A DNA stretch of 63,773 bases, filler included, from Octopus bimaculoides (GCF_001194135.2; 5 parts of 5 records of this genome joined end to end with filler, not necessarily neighbours in it); one strand, 5' to 3'. Numbered from the whole stretch's first letter, positions 49,950 through 63,773 are shown. Numbers and translations: made by a program. Notes: generated by a model not told the origin, from the sequence alone.

Positions 49950-51600
49950 TGCTAATGGCTTGGATTGACCATAAGCAGGCATATGATAGGGTTCTTCACT
50001 CGTGGATTCTAAGATGGTCAGGACAGCTAAATGTATGATATATTTATTCAGGAAAAGTATGTGGGGCTAGAAGACAATTTTGACAGCAGGTGGAAGTGAA
50101 ATTGGACAAGTCGACAAGAAGAGAGGAATCTTTCAAGGAGACTTTGTGCCACCGCTGTTGTTTATCGTTTATATGTTATTGCTCTCTATGGTTCTGAGGA
50201 AGATGGAAAGAGGTTACAAACTCCAGACAAATATGAGGCCAATTAACAATCAGCAATTTATGAACGGTCTGAAACTTTACGGAGCTAACAAAAGTCAACT
50301 GGATTCCCTTATCCAGACCGTACACATTTTCTCTCATGACATCCAGATTGCATTTGGTCGGCATAAATGTGCCGTTACTGGATTGAGGGGACGATGAAAA
50401 GTAGACAGCAATGATGTACAACCTCCAGATGATGATCGCACAAGAGAAGTGAACGGAGAGTCTTAGAAGTATCTTGGTGTTCTACAAGTAGGCTAGACAT
50501 TCTACACCAAGATGAAGGAAAAGAATTTCTTATGAATATACCAGAAGAGTAAAAAGCTACGTAGACTCAGGCTGTATGGAAGAAAGCTGATTTGAGGCAT
50601 GAACGTTAGGGTTGCATGTGTGGCACGTTACTGCGCAGGAGTTGTGGAATGGACAAAAGAAGGAACTGATTAGTTTGGACAGAAAAACTAGAAAGATGAT
50701 GGCTTTGCATGGGTGCTTTCATAATAGAAATAACGTAGCAAGGCTTTACTTAAGCAAGAAAGAAGCTGGAAGTGGATTGACTGAAAAGGGGATAATGTTG
50801 TAAAGAAAATCAAGTCCTTGCAAGCCTATCTGAGGAATAGTGATGAAAGAATGTTGCACTCTGCATTGAGAGAGAAGTTAATCAATGACAATGGTGAGAC
50901 TCTTGAGGAGCACAAAATGAGGGCAGATAAAAAAAAGATTATCAACTGGAAACAGAAAGTCTTACACGGAGAGTTTACCGGCAAGCATCGGTTGAAGCTG
51001 ATGAAAATCCTAGTGGTGGTTCAGACATGGATATTTAAAGGAGATAACTTTTACGAACCAAACGAATCAAGTGTGACATTGAAATGTCAGCAGTATTTCG
51101 TTTGTGTAGATTATATGAAAAATAAACTGAGACAGTTGGACGTGTGGTATGCTCAAGGCGGCGCCAAAAGGAGTACAAGAAACACCATGACTAAGTGGCA
51201 GCACGAATACACAAAGATGTGCAGGATGTAAGGGCTAGAATGTTCCAACATGTAGTAGGAACAGCAACCTTTGCTAGTAACAGAGAATGATCAGATGAAT
51301 AGAGCGAGAAAGTTGGGAATTACCAAGACCTAACATTAAAAGACAAACCCATCCGAAGAGTCTTAAAAGTGAGTGTGATACGTATTGAAATTGGTGCACA
51401 TGGGATCATCTCAAACAAAGCAATATTCTGGCAACGAAAGCTTCAAGTACCAAATATCATAGAAATTATTGGGTTTGCAGCAATACTTGGAACAGCATAT
51501 CTGCTGAGAAAAGTGTTGCGTCTCTAAACTGTAAGATGGAGAAAAGACGTGACATAGATATCCCAGAAGCAGATAGGATAATGGTAATAATAATAATAAA
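49950..51600 (+). mobile_element. Decayed, 5'-truncated R4/Dong-clade non-LTR retrotransposon (RT plus RLE-type C-terminus)
   Basis: AWIDHKQAYDRVLHSWI, RGIFQGDFVPPLLF, FMNGLKLY (for FMDDLKLY), KYLGVLQ, LDRKTRKMM, RLYLSKKEAGSGL, LHGEF, YQDL, IGAHG and ILGTAYLLRKVLRL* (stop 51525-27); short 3' UTR then (TAA)n. Confidence 0.9.
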
Positions 51601-51815
51601 TATCCTTTCTTCTAAAGACACGCCGCCTGAAATTTTGTGGGAGGGGACTAGTCGATTACATTAACCCCGGTGTTTCACCGGTACATAATTTATCGACCCC
51701 GAGAGGATGAAAGCAAAGTTGACCTCGGCAGAATTTGAATTCACCACGTAAACAACCGGGGGAGATGCCGCAAATAATATTGCCCCACGTGCTAAGGACG
51801 CTGTCAGCTCTACAC
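51601..51815 (-). mobile_element. SINE-B, antisense, tail abutting the R4 (TAA)n
   Basis: tatcctttcttcta...gtcgattacat..accccgg...ggtacataatttatcgaccccg.gaggatgaaagcaaagttgacctcggcagaatttgaattc. Confidence 0.85.
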
Positions 51816-51944
51816 CTTTAATAACAATAATTCTTTCTATTATAGGCGCAAAACCTGGAAAATACATTGTGGAGTGAGATAAGAGGTTCGTGGAATACGA
51901 CGCCATCTCTGTAAAACGTAGTAAAATGCTATTCATTTATTCTT

Positions 51945-51992
51945 TTATTTGTCTCAGTCGTTTGACTGCGGCCATGCTGAAGCACCGCCTTT
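51945..51992 (-). mobile_element. SINE-A terminal fragment
   Basis: ttcttttatttgtctcagtcgtttgactgcggccatgctgaagcaccgcctt. Confidence 0.75.
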
Positions 51993-52339
51993 CTTTGCGT
52001 TACTTTCCAAAAGCTGCATTCACCTAAAACTATACACACAATTCACTATAAACACTGTATATCAAAACACTTTACACGAACGTAAAGAAATCGTCCAGAC
52101 ATATTTAGTTATAGACAAGACATTGCACACCAAAACAGAGGTGCTTTCAAATGTAAATTCAGAAACGCATATTAAGAAGCTTGTTTTGTTTGGAAAAAAA
52201 AAGCATATAAATGGAACACACTCGTACATGCATGCATACACGCATAAGCACACATACACATGTGTATGCATATCTCTTTCTTTCTCTTTCCTTCTCTCCC
52301 TATCACTCTCTCTATCTCTATTACTCTCTGTCTCTCAAG

Positions 52340-52375
<36 letters not shown>

Positions 52376-52381
52376 ATACAT

Positions 52382-52435
<54 letters not shown>

Positions 52436-53450
52436 ATATATATATATTCTATATCATATATAGTAAGACAAATAAATAAACAGGGGGACGGACATCAGGA
52501 ACAGACATTGNNNNNNNNNNNNNNNNNNNNNNNNNNNNNNNNNNNNNNNNNNNNNNNNNNNNNNNNNNNNNNNNNNNNNNNNNNNNNNNNNNNNNNNNNN
52601 NNNNNNNNNNNNNNNNNNNNNNNNNNNNNNNNNNNNNNNNNNNNNNNNNNNNNNNNNNNNNNNNNNNNNNNNNNNNNNNNNNNNNNNNNNNNNNNNNNNN
52701 NNNNNNNNNNNNNNNNNNNNNNNNNNNNNNNNNNNNNNNNNNNNNNNNNNNNNNNNNNNNNNNNNNNNNNNNNNNNNNNNNNNNNNNNNNNNNNNNNNNN
52801 NNNNNNNNNNNNNNNNNNNNNNNNNNNNNNNNNNNNNNNNNNNNNNNNNNNNNNNNNNNNNNNNNNNNNNNNNNNNNNNNNNNNNNNNNNNNNNNNNNNN
52901 NNNNNNNNNNNNNNNNNNNNNNNNNNNNNNNNNNNNNNNNNNNNNNNNNNNNNNNNNNNNNNNNNNNNNNNNNNNNNNNNNNNNNNNNNNNNNNNNNNNN
53001 NNNNNNNNNNNNNNNNNNNNNNNNNNNNNNNNNNNNNNNNNNNNNNNNNNNNNNNNNNNNNNNNNNNNNNNNNNNNNNNNNNNNNNNNNNNNNNNNNNNN
53101 NNNNNNNNNNNNNNNNNNNNNNNNNNNNNNNNNNNNNNNNNNNNNNNNNNNNNNNNNNNNNNNNNNNNNNNNNNNNNNNNNNNNNNNNNNNNNNNNNNNN
53201 NNNNNNNNNNNNNNNNNNNNNNNNNNNNNNNNNNNNNNNNNNNNNNNNNNNNNNNNNNNNNNNNNNNNNNNNNNNNNNNNNNNNNNNNNNNNNNNNNNNN
53301 NNNNNNNNNNNNNNNNNNNNNNNNNNNNNNNNNNNNNNNNNNNNNNNNNNNNNNNNNNNNNNNNNNNNNNNNNNNNNNNNNNNNNNNNNNNNNNNNNNNN
53401 NNNNNNNNNNNNNNNNNNNNNNNNNNNNNNNNNNNNNNNNNNNNNNNNNN

Positions 53451-53502
<52 letters not shown>

Positions 53503-54099
53503 ATAAATAATGGCATACATATAATTTTACATACATATATACAAATATACATATGTATACGTAGAAGCCTGCGTACATGCATAAAACGTTTATACACACA
53601 TATATGCTTGCATACATACATGTATATACAAATAATTAGAGACAGATTCAAAGACATACACACATTAAAGTGCGTTGTTGATTTTCTGTCAGAAGTGAAC
53701 TGTTTTGAGAGAAGACATACTTAGAATAACATCTTTACGAATCATCTTGAAGTAACAAAAAAATGAAATCTACACATATACATTCGTATCTACGTCAATA
53801 AATATATGCAGATATATATAACGCGCATATATAAGTACGTAAATAGTATTATGCATATATGCGTGTGTATGTATATGAATGTGTGTCTGCATATATGTGT
53901 CACTGCACATTTAAACGTACACCAACACGCATAGTATAGGAGCTTTTTAATACGTCAAAGCGCATGTCTACTCACACACACATACACAAACACACACAAA
54001 CACACACACATTTATATCTGCATATATGTACAAGACATGAAATGTAAAAAAAATCCAAGCTTGTATACATACATAGCACCCTGTATATATACATGCAAA

Positions 54100-54198
<99 letters not shown>

Positions 54199-54219
54199 GT
54201 ATGTATTTGTGTGTATATA

Positions 54220-54252
<33 letters not shown>

Positions 54253-54960
54253 CTGTATGCATGTATGTATGTATGTATGTATGTATGTATGTATGTGTAT
54301 ATACGTATGTATGAATTATAGATGTGTGTGTGTGCGCGTGCGTGTGCTTTGAGAGTTTATATATACGTATCCGCATGTTCCTATTGATCTCTACATATAT
54401 AAACTTATATATATGCATGTTGGTATTAAATACTATTTCACATACGTATGTATGATTCTATACTTCCTCATGTATATGTATTATATACAAAACTGTGTAA
54501 CATTTTGCATAAAATACATTTATCAATATCTGGAAACAAAGTACAATGCCGGAGTGCATATTTATTTAATATTCTTTTTTGCTGAATTTACTGGCGGGTA
54601 TTTAAAAAAAATCGGCGTAATACATTTATTTTCAAAACTAAAACAATATTTATTGATTTCTTGTTAAATACTCGCGTAAACGTTACTATAAAGAAACTGC
54701 AAAGCAGAACAGGCTTTATTCATGTGAGTTAAATACTATAGAGCGTGTCGTGGTTGAGTTAAAAGGGGAGGTTCTACGTTCTCTCCTGCATACAGTTATG
54801 TTCTTTGCGCATGTTCATCATCTAATTGTAAATAGCTATGACATTACTGCTTATCGCTAGAGAATGAAATGTGAGCGCTGAAAACACAATTGTATTGGCG
54901 AAGGCTAAGCTCAAATATTCCTGTGAATGCATCTTTGAAAAAAAAAACTGCATTAATTGA

Positions 54961-55132
54961 CACAGGCGTGGTTGTATGATAGGAAGCTTGAAACACATGG
55001 TTCCGAGTTCAGTCTTACTGCGTTTTGCTTTGGACAAATGTCTTCTGTTATAGCCCCGGACCGATCAAAGGCTTGTGGGTGGATTTGGAAGACGGAAACA
55101 GAAATTCAGTCATATATATATGTGTGCGTGTG

Positions 55133-55184
<52 letters not shown>

Positions 55185-55277
55185 NNNNNNNNNNNNNNNN
55201 NNNNNNNNNNNNNNNNNNNNNNNNNNNNNNNNNNNNNNNNNNNNNNNNNNNNNNNNNNNNNNNNNNNNNNNNNNNNN

Positions 55278-55329
<52 letters not shown>

Positions 55330-55527
55330 TGTGTATCTTCTATCACCCCTTCACAACAGGTGTTGGTGTCCCCGTAACTTAGCGGTTCGGAAAAAGACAC
55401 CGATAGAATAAGTACCAGTCTGAAACAGAAAATATGTACTGGGGCCGATTCATTCGACGAAAAATCCTTCAAGGCGGTGCCCCAGCATGGCCGACATTTA
55501 ATGAGTGAAACAAGTGAAAGAATAAAA
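54961..55527 (+). mobile_element. SINE-A, full length, with expanded internal (TG)n and gap
   Basis: Head, (TA)/(TG)n at 55090-55335, 3' module and tail. Confidence 0.92.
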
Positions 55528-56129
55528 TATTTATACACCAGAAAAACCAAAATTTCTATTGAAGTTAAGAGTAAAGTCTCCCATTGACGTAACGGTAGTT
55601 TGATAATATGACCCAGTACGAATTTATAAGTATGTGATTATTTCAACCCTTATCTATACTAAGTAGGTTCGCTAGTAAGGGGACGGTTTGTCCCTGGTGA
55701 CGCATTTATGGGCTCGGCATTTATGGGTCTGTAAGGTTGTATAATTTTGGGGGTCTCAGAGTGTACAACAAACTCAATGGTTTCTTCCGGGCTGCACATG
55801 TTCTTGCTACGCTACGGTGTTCGGCAAGATATTTACATAGATAGGATATCCGCCAATTATCTAGAAGGTTATAAATAATGTAAAATAATGCAAGTAAAAT
55901 CTATTTTAGAGACAACTGCTTAGATCTTTGAGAGTGTTGAACTTCCTAAAAAAATTAAAGACTATCTAACACAAAGTTAAAAAAAAACATTTTGCAGTTA
56001 GTTACAAAATAAATTCCTCATTTAAAAAAGACACATTAAGATTGCTGTGGAAGCGAACAAAATGCAAGACGAAAACGAAATGAAAAACCTTTTATTAAAA
56101 AAATGTTTTAAAAAGAAATTTTATTTGCT

Positions 56130-57743
56130 ATTCCACGATTATAATCACAAATATTTGTACTGTTGAAAATTTTCACTAGTCTTTTTATACGTTTAGCAGT
56201 ATCACGGTAGCACTTTTTGTAGTTTCAGGGTCCCTCCCAGAGAGATACTATTCTATTTGAACCTCATTAAATTTTGCTCCTTCTTAAAACAATCAATGAA
56301 TTTCCATATATTTGGATGGTGAGCAGCAACCTGGACCTGGAAAGCTCTAGGCCATCCTTTATTTGTTTTTCGTAAATTTAGTTTTTCGTAAATTTTGTTT
56401 TTGGTAAATTTTGCAAAGCCTCATCATAAACATTCCATATTTCATGAGCAAAGATAGGAGGCCTTCGCATATTTCTCCGTCAAGGGCGGCTGATCTATGT
56501 GTCCTCAAAATAATCTATTACGTCGTGAGCTTCATTAGGAAAAATATTATTGTCGTCTGTTTTAAATGCTTCGGTTACTTTTTCAACTGGAACAAATGCT
56601 ATGGCTGACAACACCCGAAGCCCCAAAGCAAATTCAGAATTTGTTTCGTATAATCTCTGAAGACAATTTTTTTGAACTGAACGGAATACTCTTTGACAGA
56701 AGCGGAAAAAAACAACCCCTTGATTTTCACATTTGGAAATTACTTACGGAATGCATTCTACATAGGTTTTTCAAAGTCTATCGTTACAGTTGGAGGTGCA
56801 CAGGATGGCTCTAATTTTTTGTTTCTTTTCTGTAAAAACTAACTATCGGGTTCCTCACATTTGTTAGGTAACACAAGCCCCAGCAGCACTAAAGCTTTTT
56901 CACTTAAACCATGCAAAGTATACAGTTGGTTAAACAACAATGGAACTGTCTTCAATGTACCATCGGCAAACCATTGATTACTTTGTAAAAGTAAATGAAG
57001 GTTGCGTGTGATAGCAAAAATTAGCATGCGTTTATCACTTTGACCTGAATGTTTCACCTTTAAAGGATTTTGTATATTCGCCAGGAAGAATTAATTCATT
57101 GCAAGTCCTTGGAAAGGCTGGAACTTGATGATTTTGTTGCCTTATAAAAGGTACTGTCCTTTTAAGACGGCAGTCTAGACAGAGCAGCCTCACTACAACC
57201 TTCGAACGCATTAAATATTATTGATTGTGGTGTATCATTAGTGGTTCTTGCCATCTGCCGTCTTTTTATAACAGCTTCTGTTACTTTAACTTCCGCAGTG
57301 TCTATTGTATGATTGTGTTATTTCTTTTTCTAATGTACTTACATGAGCACAGCTCTTATATTTGTGATATTTATCACACTTCCTGTAAGTCTTGGGTCCA
57401 TTCTCTCTGTTTTCATAGAATAAATAACCACCATGAACTTTTTTCCGTCGTTTTTCTGTTTCTATATATTGAAGAACCACTGTATGGGCTTCAGAATACT
57501 GAACTTTAACCAGTTTTCTCTTGGAAAAATTGAAAGGTACTGTTATTGATACATATTGTTCTCTTTAGGGAACAAAACTGTCATGTAGTGGTAGTTTGGT
57601 CATTAAGAAAAATAAGTTTCTAAGTCTTCGTGTAGTGCGAACAGCTCTCTCTGTATCTCTCTCACTCTAGATTTATTTGTAGATAAATTGTTGTAGATGA
57701 AATGTTGTAGACGAATTCTTCTAGAGGAATTCCCCTAGAACCC
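56130..57743 (-). mobile_element. Decayed Mutator-like (MULE) element with N-terminal FLYWCH-type finger
   Basis: 57480-57286 GYLFY...TYRKCDKYHKYKSCA.V...H; 57057-56839 RMLIFA..NL..L..SNQWFADGTLKT.PLLFNQLYTLHG; then TIDFEK..FPNVKIKG.FF, AIAFVP, DYFEDT*I, IWNVYD and KGWPRAF...HPNIWKFIDCFKKEQ. A 14-nt-period subterminal repeat lies at 57677-57743. Confidence 0.9.
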
Positions 57744-57744
57744 A

Positions 57745-57751
57745 TAGATAG

Positions 57752-57826
<75 letters not shown>

Positions 57827-57845
57827 TACAGACAGGTAAGTAAAC

Positions 57846-57910
<65 letters not shown>
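57745..57910. repeat. (TAGA)n array abutting the MULE terminus
   Basis: Directly visible. Confidence 0.97.
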
Positions 57911-58016
57911 CACACACATATACATACATATGTAGGTAGGTAGATTGCTAGGCAGATACAAACGAATGTAAGTATCATTCTTACAACATGTATAAATACA
58001 TATACGCACTCGCACG

Positions 58017-58085
<69 letters not shown>

Positions 58086-58194
58086 TGAGCGAACTGCAAC
58101 ACTAGAAATAAAATGTAGAACCAAAAATTTGGCCAACAATAATAAGCAAACTAAACAAGTGAAGGTGGGGCCAAGTTGACCCGAAAAGAGAGGG

Positions 58195-58233
<39 letters not shown>

Positions 58234-59800
58234 AAGAGAGAAAAAGCGTGGGAGAGAGAAAGAGAGAGGTGAGAGAAATATGAGGATAGAATGAAAGGAA
58301 GAAAGAGAACCAATAAATGTAAGGCAACGGTAATACAATATATGATAGAGAAAGAATTTTAATGAAACGACATAATAGGGAGTTGAATATATGTTTGTGC
58401 GTGTATGTACGCATGTTTGTGCATATGTACATAATGTATGGATATATAGATAGATATATACGTGCGTATGTGTGTGAGCACGTGTGCGTGTACGTGTGCC
58501 CGAGCACACGAAGACGCACAAACGGAGAGGATACCAGGATGTGATTTTTATTTAAAAACGGCAACGAATCATATTATTGGGGAAAAAAATAGGAGAGACA
58601 GAGAGTTGAAGAGAAAGGCAAAAACTTTCGGAGAAGATAGAGAAAAGGTGTTATTATGTTATTATTTATGTGCGTGCATGATGCAGATGCGTACACATAT
58701 GCATGTGTGTGTGTGTATGTGTATGTGTGTGTGTATGTCGATAGGCAGATAGAAAGGTAGATAAATACATACATGTATACCTACATAGAGGCGGAGAGAG
58801 AGAAACAAGAGAAATAAATGGAGGGGAGATGGAGTAAATGAAGAGAAGTTAGAAAAAGGAGAGTGAAATAATGAGATGAAACTATACAGACGTATTTGGA
58901 TTGTGTAATAGAAAGTGTGAGAGATAGAAAGGATATATTAGACACGATGAAAATTGAAAAAAAAAATGTAAGACGTAAAATATAAAATATATATTTATTA
59001 AAAAGGAATGACAAGATTGAAGAAATAATTACGAAAAAAATGTGAGTAAAGGAAATAAAAAAAAAACAATCTTGTCTGAAGTTTAGGACACGAAATAAGT
59101 GATGTATTAGTGTCTTCTTTACCACGAAAAGAAGAAAAAATAGAGACATCGCATTTACGATTCAAATGAAGAAATCTAATGTTAACCAAATCACAAAAGA
59201 ATCCTACAGAATCGAATCAGATATAGCTTGAATAGTGGCGCTATGAGGCAAGAAAATGATGCACATTTTCTATAAAACGTTTTATCTAACGGAGGAAAGC
59301 TAAAATTGTCAGTAACACATGCATTAATTTTCGGACTGTCAATAATGATTATATTCAACGCGAAATGTCTTTGTCTGGATTGCTTTCTATCAGCTGTCCG
59401 TTTTTCAAGATTTCACTGGTTCCAAATTTGGACACAAAGATAGAGGCATATAAACACACGGGCGTGCACGTGCAGCTACACACACACACACACCCAAACA
59501 CGCACTAACTCACATACACGTGAAATAAACACCGATGCGCTCGCAGATATTCAGAGACTGGCATACACGTGCGCACTGGACAGCTTACCAGTGCACATAC
59601 ATACACACAGTTACAGGTACACCAAATACACACAAGCACACACACACAAACACATACACATACACATATATATGTTTAAAATATATTAATATACAAATAT
59701 ATATCTATACACATATGAATATTAAAGTTTATATAAATATATACGCATATGCATATCTATATACATATGCACCTATATTTGCGGTGTATGTATACGTGTT

Positions 59801-59855
<55 letters not shown>

Positions 59856-59881
59856 GACATATAATTAATTGGATAGTTAGG

Positions 59882-59936
<55 letters not shown>

Positions 59937-60547
59937 ACAAACAGAAAAAAAATAGATACCTTTATATACAAACATGGTATACATCATATATACATGATAT
60001 TCAAAATTTAATAGATACTTATATGCATATATAATACACAATGAATTATGCGTGTATTATATATATTCATATATGTTATCACACTTTCATTTTTGTGTCT
60101 ATACACGAACACAGACACACATGTATATGTATATATAATAAAATTTATATTTCTAACATGTTTTTTTTTTCCATTTGTGTCAGTCACGACTATATAAGCA
60201 TACGTGTGTTATTCTGTGTGAGATCTCTCCTTGTACGTACGAGCGTGCGTATGAGCATGCAAACCAACACCCACTTTTATATATATTTTAGTATACTCAA
60301 ACATTTCATACATTTTCAAATACGACGCTTCGCTTCATTTCATTTCGGTCTCAATCTACGTATTTGACTACGTTATCTTAATTCTCCCTCTCCCTCTCTA
60401 TCCCAATCTCTCTTTCCCTCTGTCTTTCTCTCTCTCCCCTTCTCTCCCTCTCTCCCTCTCTCTCTCTATCCATCTCTCGTAAACATGCATAGGCACACAT
60501 ATTCAGATATGCGATCATTAACTCATATATTCATATATATATCTATC

Positions 60548-60579
<32 letters not shown>

Positions 60580-60913
60580 CATATATATACATACATATAT
60601 ATTTATATGCGTTTNNNNNNNNNNNNNNNNNNNNNNNNNNNNNNNNNNNNNNNNNNNNTTAATTAATTAANNNNNNNNNNNNNNNNNNNNNNNNNNNNNN
60701 NNNNNNNNNNNNNNTATTTATACATACATATATAGGTAGTAAATTGATGAGTGTGTATATGTATTTGCGTGTGTACATATGTGTATGTATGTCTCTCTCT
60801 ATATAAATGTATATATATATATGTATATTTATATGTATGCGTGTATGCTTATATGTATATATATATATATGCATGTGCTTACACTCTCATGATTACTTTC
60901 TTATTTCACACAG

Positions 60914-60985
60914 ACAATGGAATCAACACTTGATCACAAAAAAAGAGAAAGTGCCACATTAAAAGAGTTTGTCAACTGCAAGAAG
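60914..60985 (+). CDS. Candidate host-gene exon (72 nt), possibly carrying the start codon; product unknown
   Basis: Acceptor ttactttcttatttcacacAG, donor AAG|GTAAGT. Open phase-0 frame TMESTLDHKKRESATLKEFVNCKK. ATG at 60917 has A at -3 and G at +4. No family recognised. Confidence 0.55.
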
Positions 60986-61568
60986 GTAAGTGCTAACTGC
61001 TATACATAGCACATTGAAACAGATGTAGCAAAACTTTATCTTCCGTTTGTGTGTTTTTTACTATTTCTGAAACAATGATTCCATAGAATTGGCATTTAAT
61101 TTATTTTTACCATATTTTATGAAATCGAAGCATCTTGTTATTACTGTTGTTTTTTTGATAGTGGAAGTGTGTATAGTGGGGTGGGGGCGGAAGTATTGTG
61201 ATAACATGTGACTACTTATGTTTTGTTTTGTATTTAATGAACTCTTCATAAATGTTTTATGCATAATGAGAATAGGAAAGAAAAAAAATGAATTAAGATA
61301 GAAAAGATTCTGATGTGTGGAAATATCTGCAGGAGAAAAATTCAGTGTGAATCAAAACATGCCCATATTTACACATGCACACATGCATACAGTATATTTC
61401 TGTATATATATGCGTGAGTGCATGGATATAATATAGATATATAAGTGTGATAATAGCATATATGTATTTGTATAATACATATATTGTGTATATGTATACA
61501 CGTGTGGGTGTGATTGCGTGTGTATATATATATATGAGTGGAGTATTCACATACATATATACGTATAC

Positions 61569-61618
<50 letters not shown>

Positions 61619-61697
61619 AACAAAAACAATAATATCAGTGGTTGCAGGCCTAAAATAACATTAGATAGCTATAGAATTAAAATTTGTATCAATCATA

Positions 61698-62164
61698 AGA
61701 GCAGACAAAGGCGCCTACCTGCTAGAAAGAGGAGTTAAGACCCTCATTTAAACCACCTATAATACAACAGAAAAAACAACTGTAGTTGGGCGAACAGACT
61801 CCAAAAAACTTTTCACATATCTACATAGCCCGATTCTATATATTTCTAGGAATTTGGAGATACTTGAACCTTGGTTTCTGGTCTGGCAAACAACCTCACC
61901 TACCTCAGCAAATACTACTGGTTGAAAAACCTTTACAACCTGTCTGAATTCTGCTGGCGTTCTGAATTGTTTTGTACCAAAATTAGAACAGGAAGGTGAG
62001 GGTGTTTGCCAGGCTAGAAACCATGATCCATGTATATCCAAATACTGAGAGATATATAGCATTGGTTATGTGAAAAATTTCTTTTGGCCTGTTCACCCAA
62101 CTACTGTTGTTTTTCTGTCGTATTTAACTCCTCTTTCTAGCAGGGACGCACCTTTGTGTGCTCT
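61698..62164. repeat. Long diverged inverted repeat (arms 61698-61905 and 61990-62164)
   Basis: Shared blocks ctgctagaaagaggagttaa, gaaaaa.caac.gtagttggg.gaacag, ttttcacata, ctatatat.tct..g.atttgga.atac and ggtttct.g.ctggcaaaca.cctcacct; the left arm has a 23-nt insertion. Confidence 0.88.
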
Positions 62165-62889
62165 GTCTCCTTTTCTATTGGACTTTCCTGTGTTTCTGAA
62201 GAGCTCTACTCGAAGCATAAAACCACCTATCTTTCCTTCCCTGAGCATCTGCTAATACTTTATGTGTACCATGTCCTCATGTTGTAGTGTTTCTTGTGTT
62301 TGTTCTTTGCTTTTTGAATTTACTATATNNNNNNNNNNNNNNNNNNNNNNNNNNNNNNNNNNNNNNNNNNNNTTAATTAATTAANNNNNNNNNNNNNNNN
62401 NNNNNNNNNNNNNNNNNNNNNNNNNNNNTATATAAACACACAGAGTGAGTGAGTGAGTGAGTGAGACGCACAAAATCTTTCTCCCCTCCACACACACGTA
62501 TGTGTGTGTGTAGAGAGAGAGACAGAGACAGAGGTAGCCCCAATACACAGATATGTACATATAGAGGTAGATATATTTAAGATTTGTGTTCACACAGTTC
62601 TTTTGTGTTGGTCCGTTACGACATCATTCTGCAATGGTTTTGCTTGGAGAGAGAGAAAGTGAAATCTGTTATTATCTGAAATAATATAGTTAGCTTTAAA
62701 TAACTGTCTATCTTTCTGTTGTGATAAGATATTAGTAATACCTCACTGGTTTGTGCAGTGAAAGTAATAAGAGATATAGACATTGGGATGGATACGTGGA
62801 TAGAGAGAGAGAGAGAGAGAGAGAGGGTACTTAATGAATGTTAGATAGATAGGTAACTGGATATAGGATATCAACAGACGGCTACACAC

Positions 62890-63470
<581 letters not shown>

Positions 63471-63773
63471 ACACCATGTAAGGAATATGGAATAGTTTTA
63501 AAAGATATGAGGAATATGTTGTAACGGTTACGTATCTATATATGTGTGTGTGCTTGTGTGGGTGGTCACGCGCACACATGCACTCGCATAAACATACATC
63601 CACAGGTGTATACATTCTCTCCCTCTCTGTATATATATATGTATATGTTTATTGATTTTTCTGAGTTCCTATACAACACACATACATATACCTATGTACG
63701 TATTTATCCTTACATGTATGTATAAATGGGAATTTATTTTCATGTTCGTTGGGCTTTTGTAAATGTGTGAATA

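Noticed and set aside
52211-53663. 400+ aa ORFs (also 12393-13727, 30658-31730 and 40753-41952)
   Set aside because: They are open only because N runs contain no stops; the flanks are microsatellite.

Overview
Eukaryotic, AT-rich, repeat-saturated scaffold sequence with many N gaps. The repeat families and microsatellite load look like a coleoid cephalopod, probably Octopus (inference from pattern recall; no database search was run). Almost all long ORFs in the supplied track are artefacts of N runs or microsatellites. The supportable content is: (i) four locally named tRNA-head SINE families (A-D) with shared modules; (ii) decayed Tc1/mariner elements of four catalytic spacings (DD37D, DD35E, DD36E, DD41D), plus a mariner-type HTH fragment; (iii) a FLYWCH-MULE transposase relic; (iv) non-LTR retrotransposon fragments (an RTE-type family with a PHD-like finger inside its RT, a BovB-like RTE, R4/Dong-type elements and Penelope-like relics); (v) several inverted-repeat elements; (vi) one well-formed 72-nt candidate host exon at 60914-60985. 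The best hidden signal is a structurally complete minimal type-I hammerhead ribozyme at 15583-15644 with a palindromic helix III. Also notable is a recurring tail-to-tail junction of R4-type LINE 3' end, (TAA)n and antisense SINE-B. There is no intact transposase or RT, no rRNA, no true tRNA gene and no CRISPR array. Family names rest on remembered motif consensus and need confirming by Dfam/Repbase/Rfam searches.
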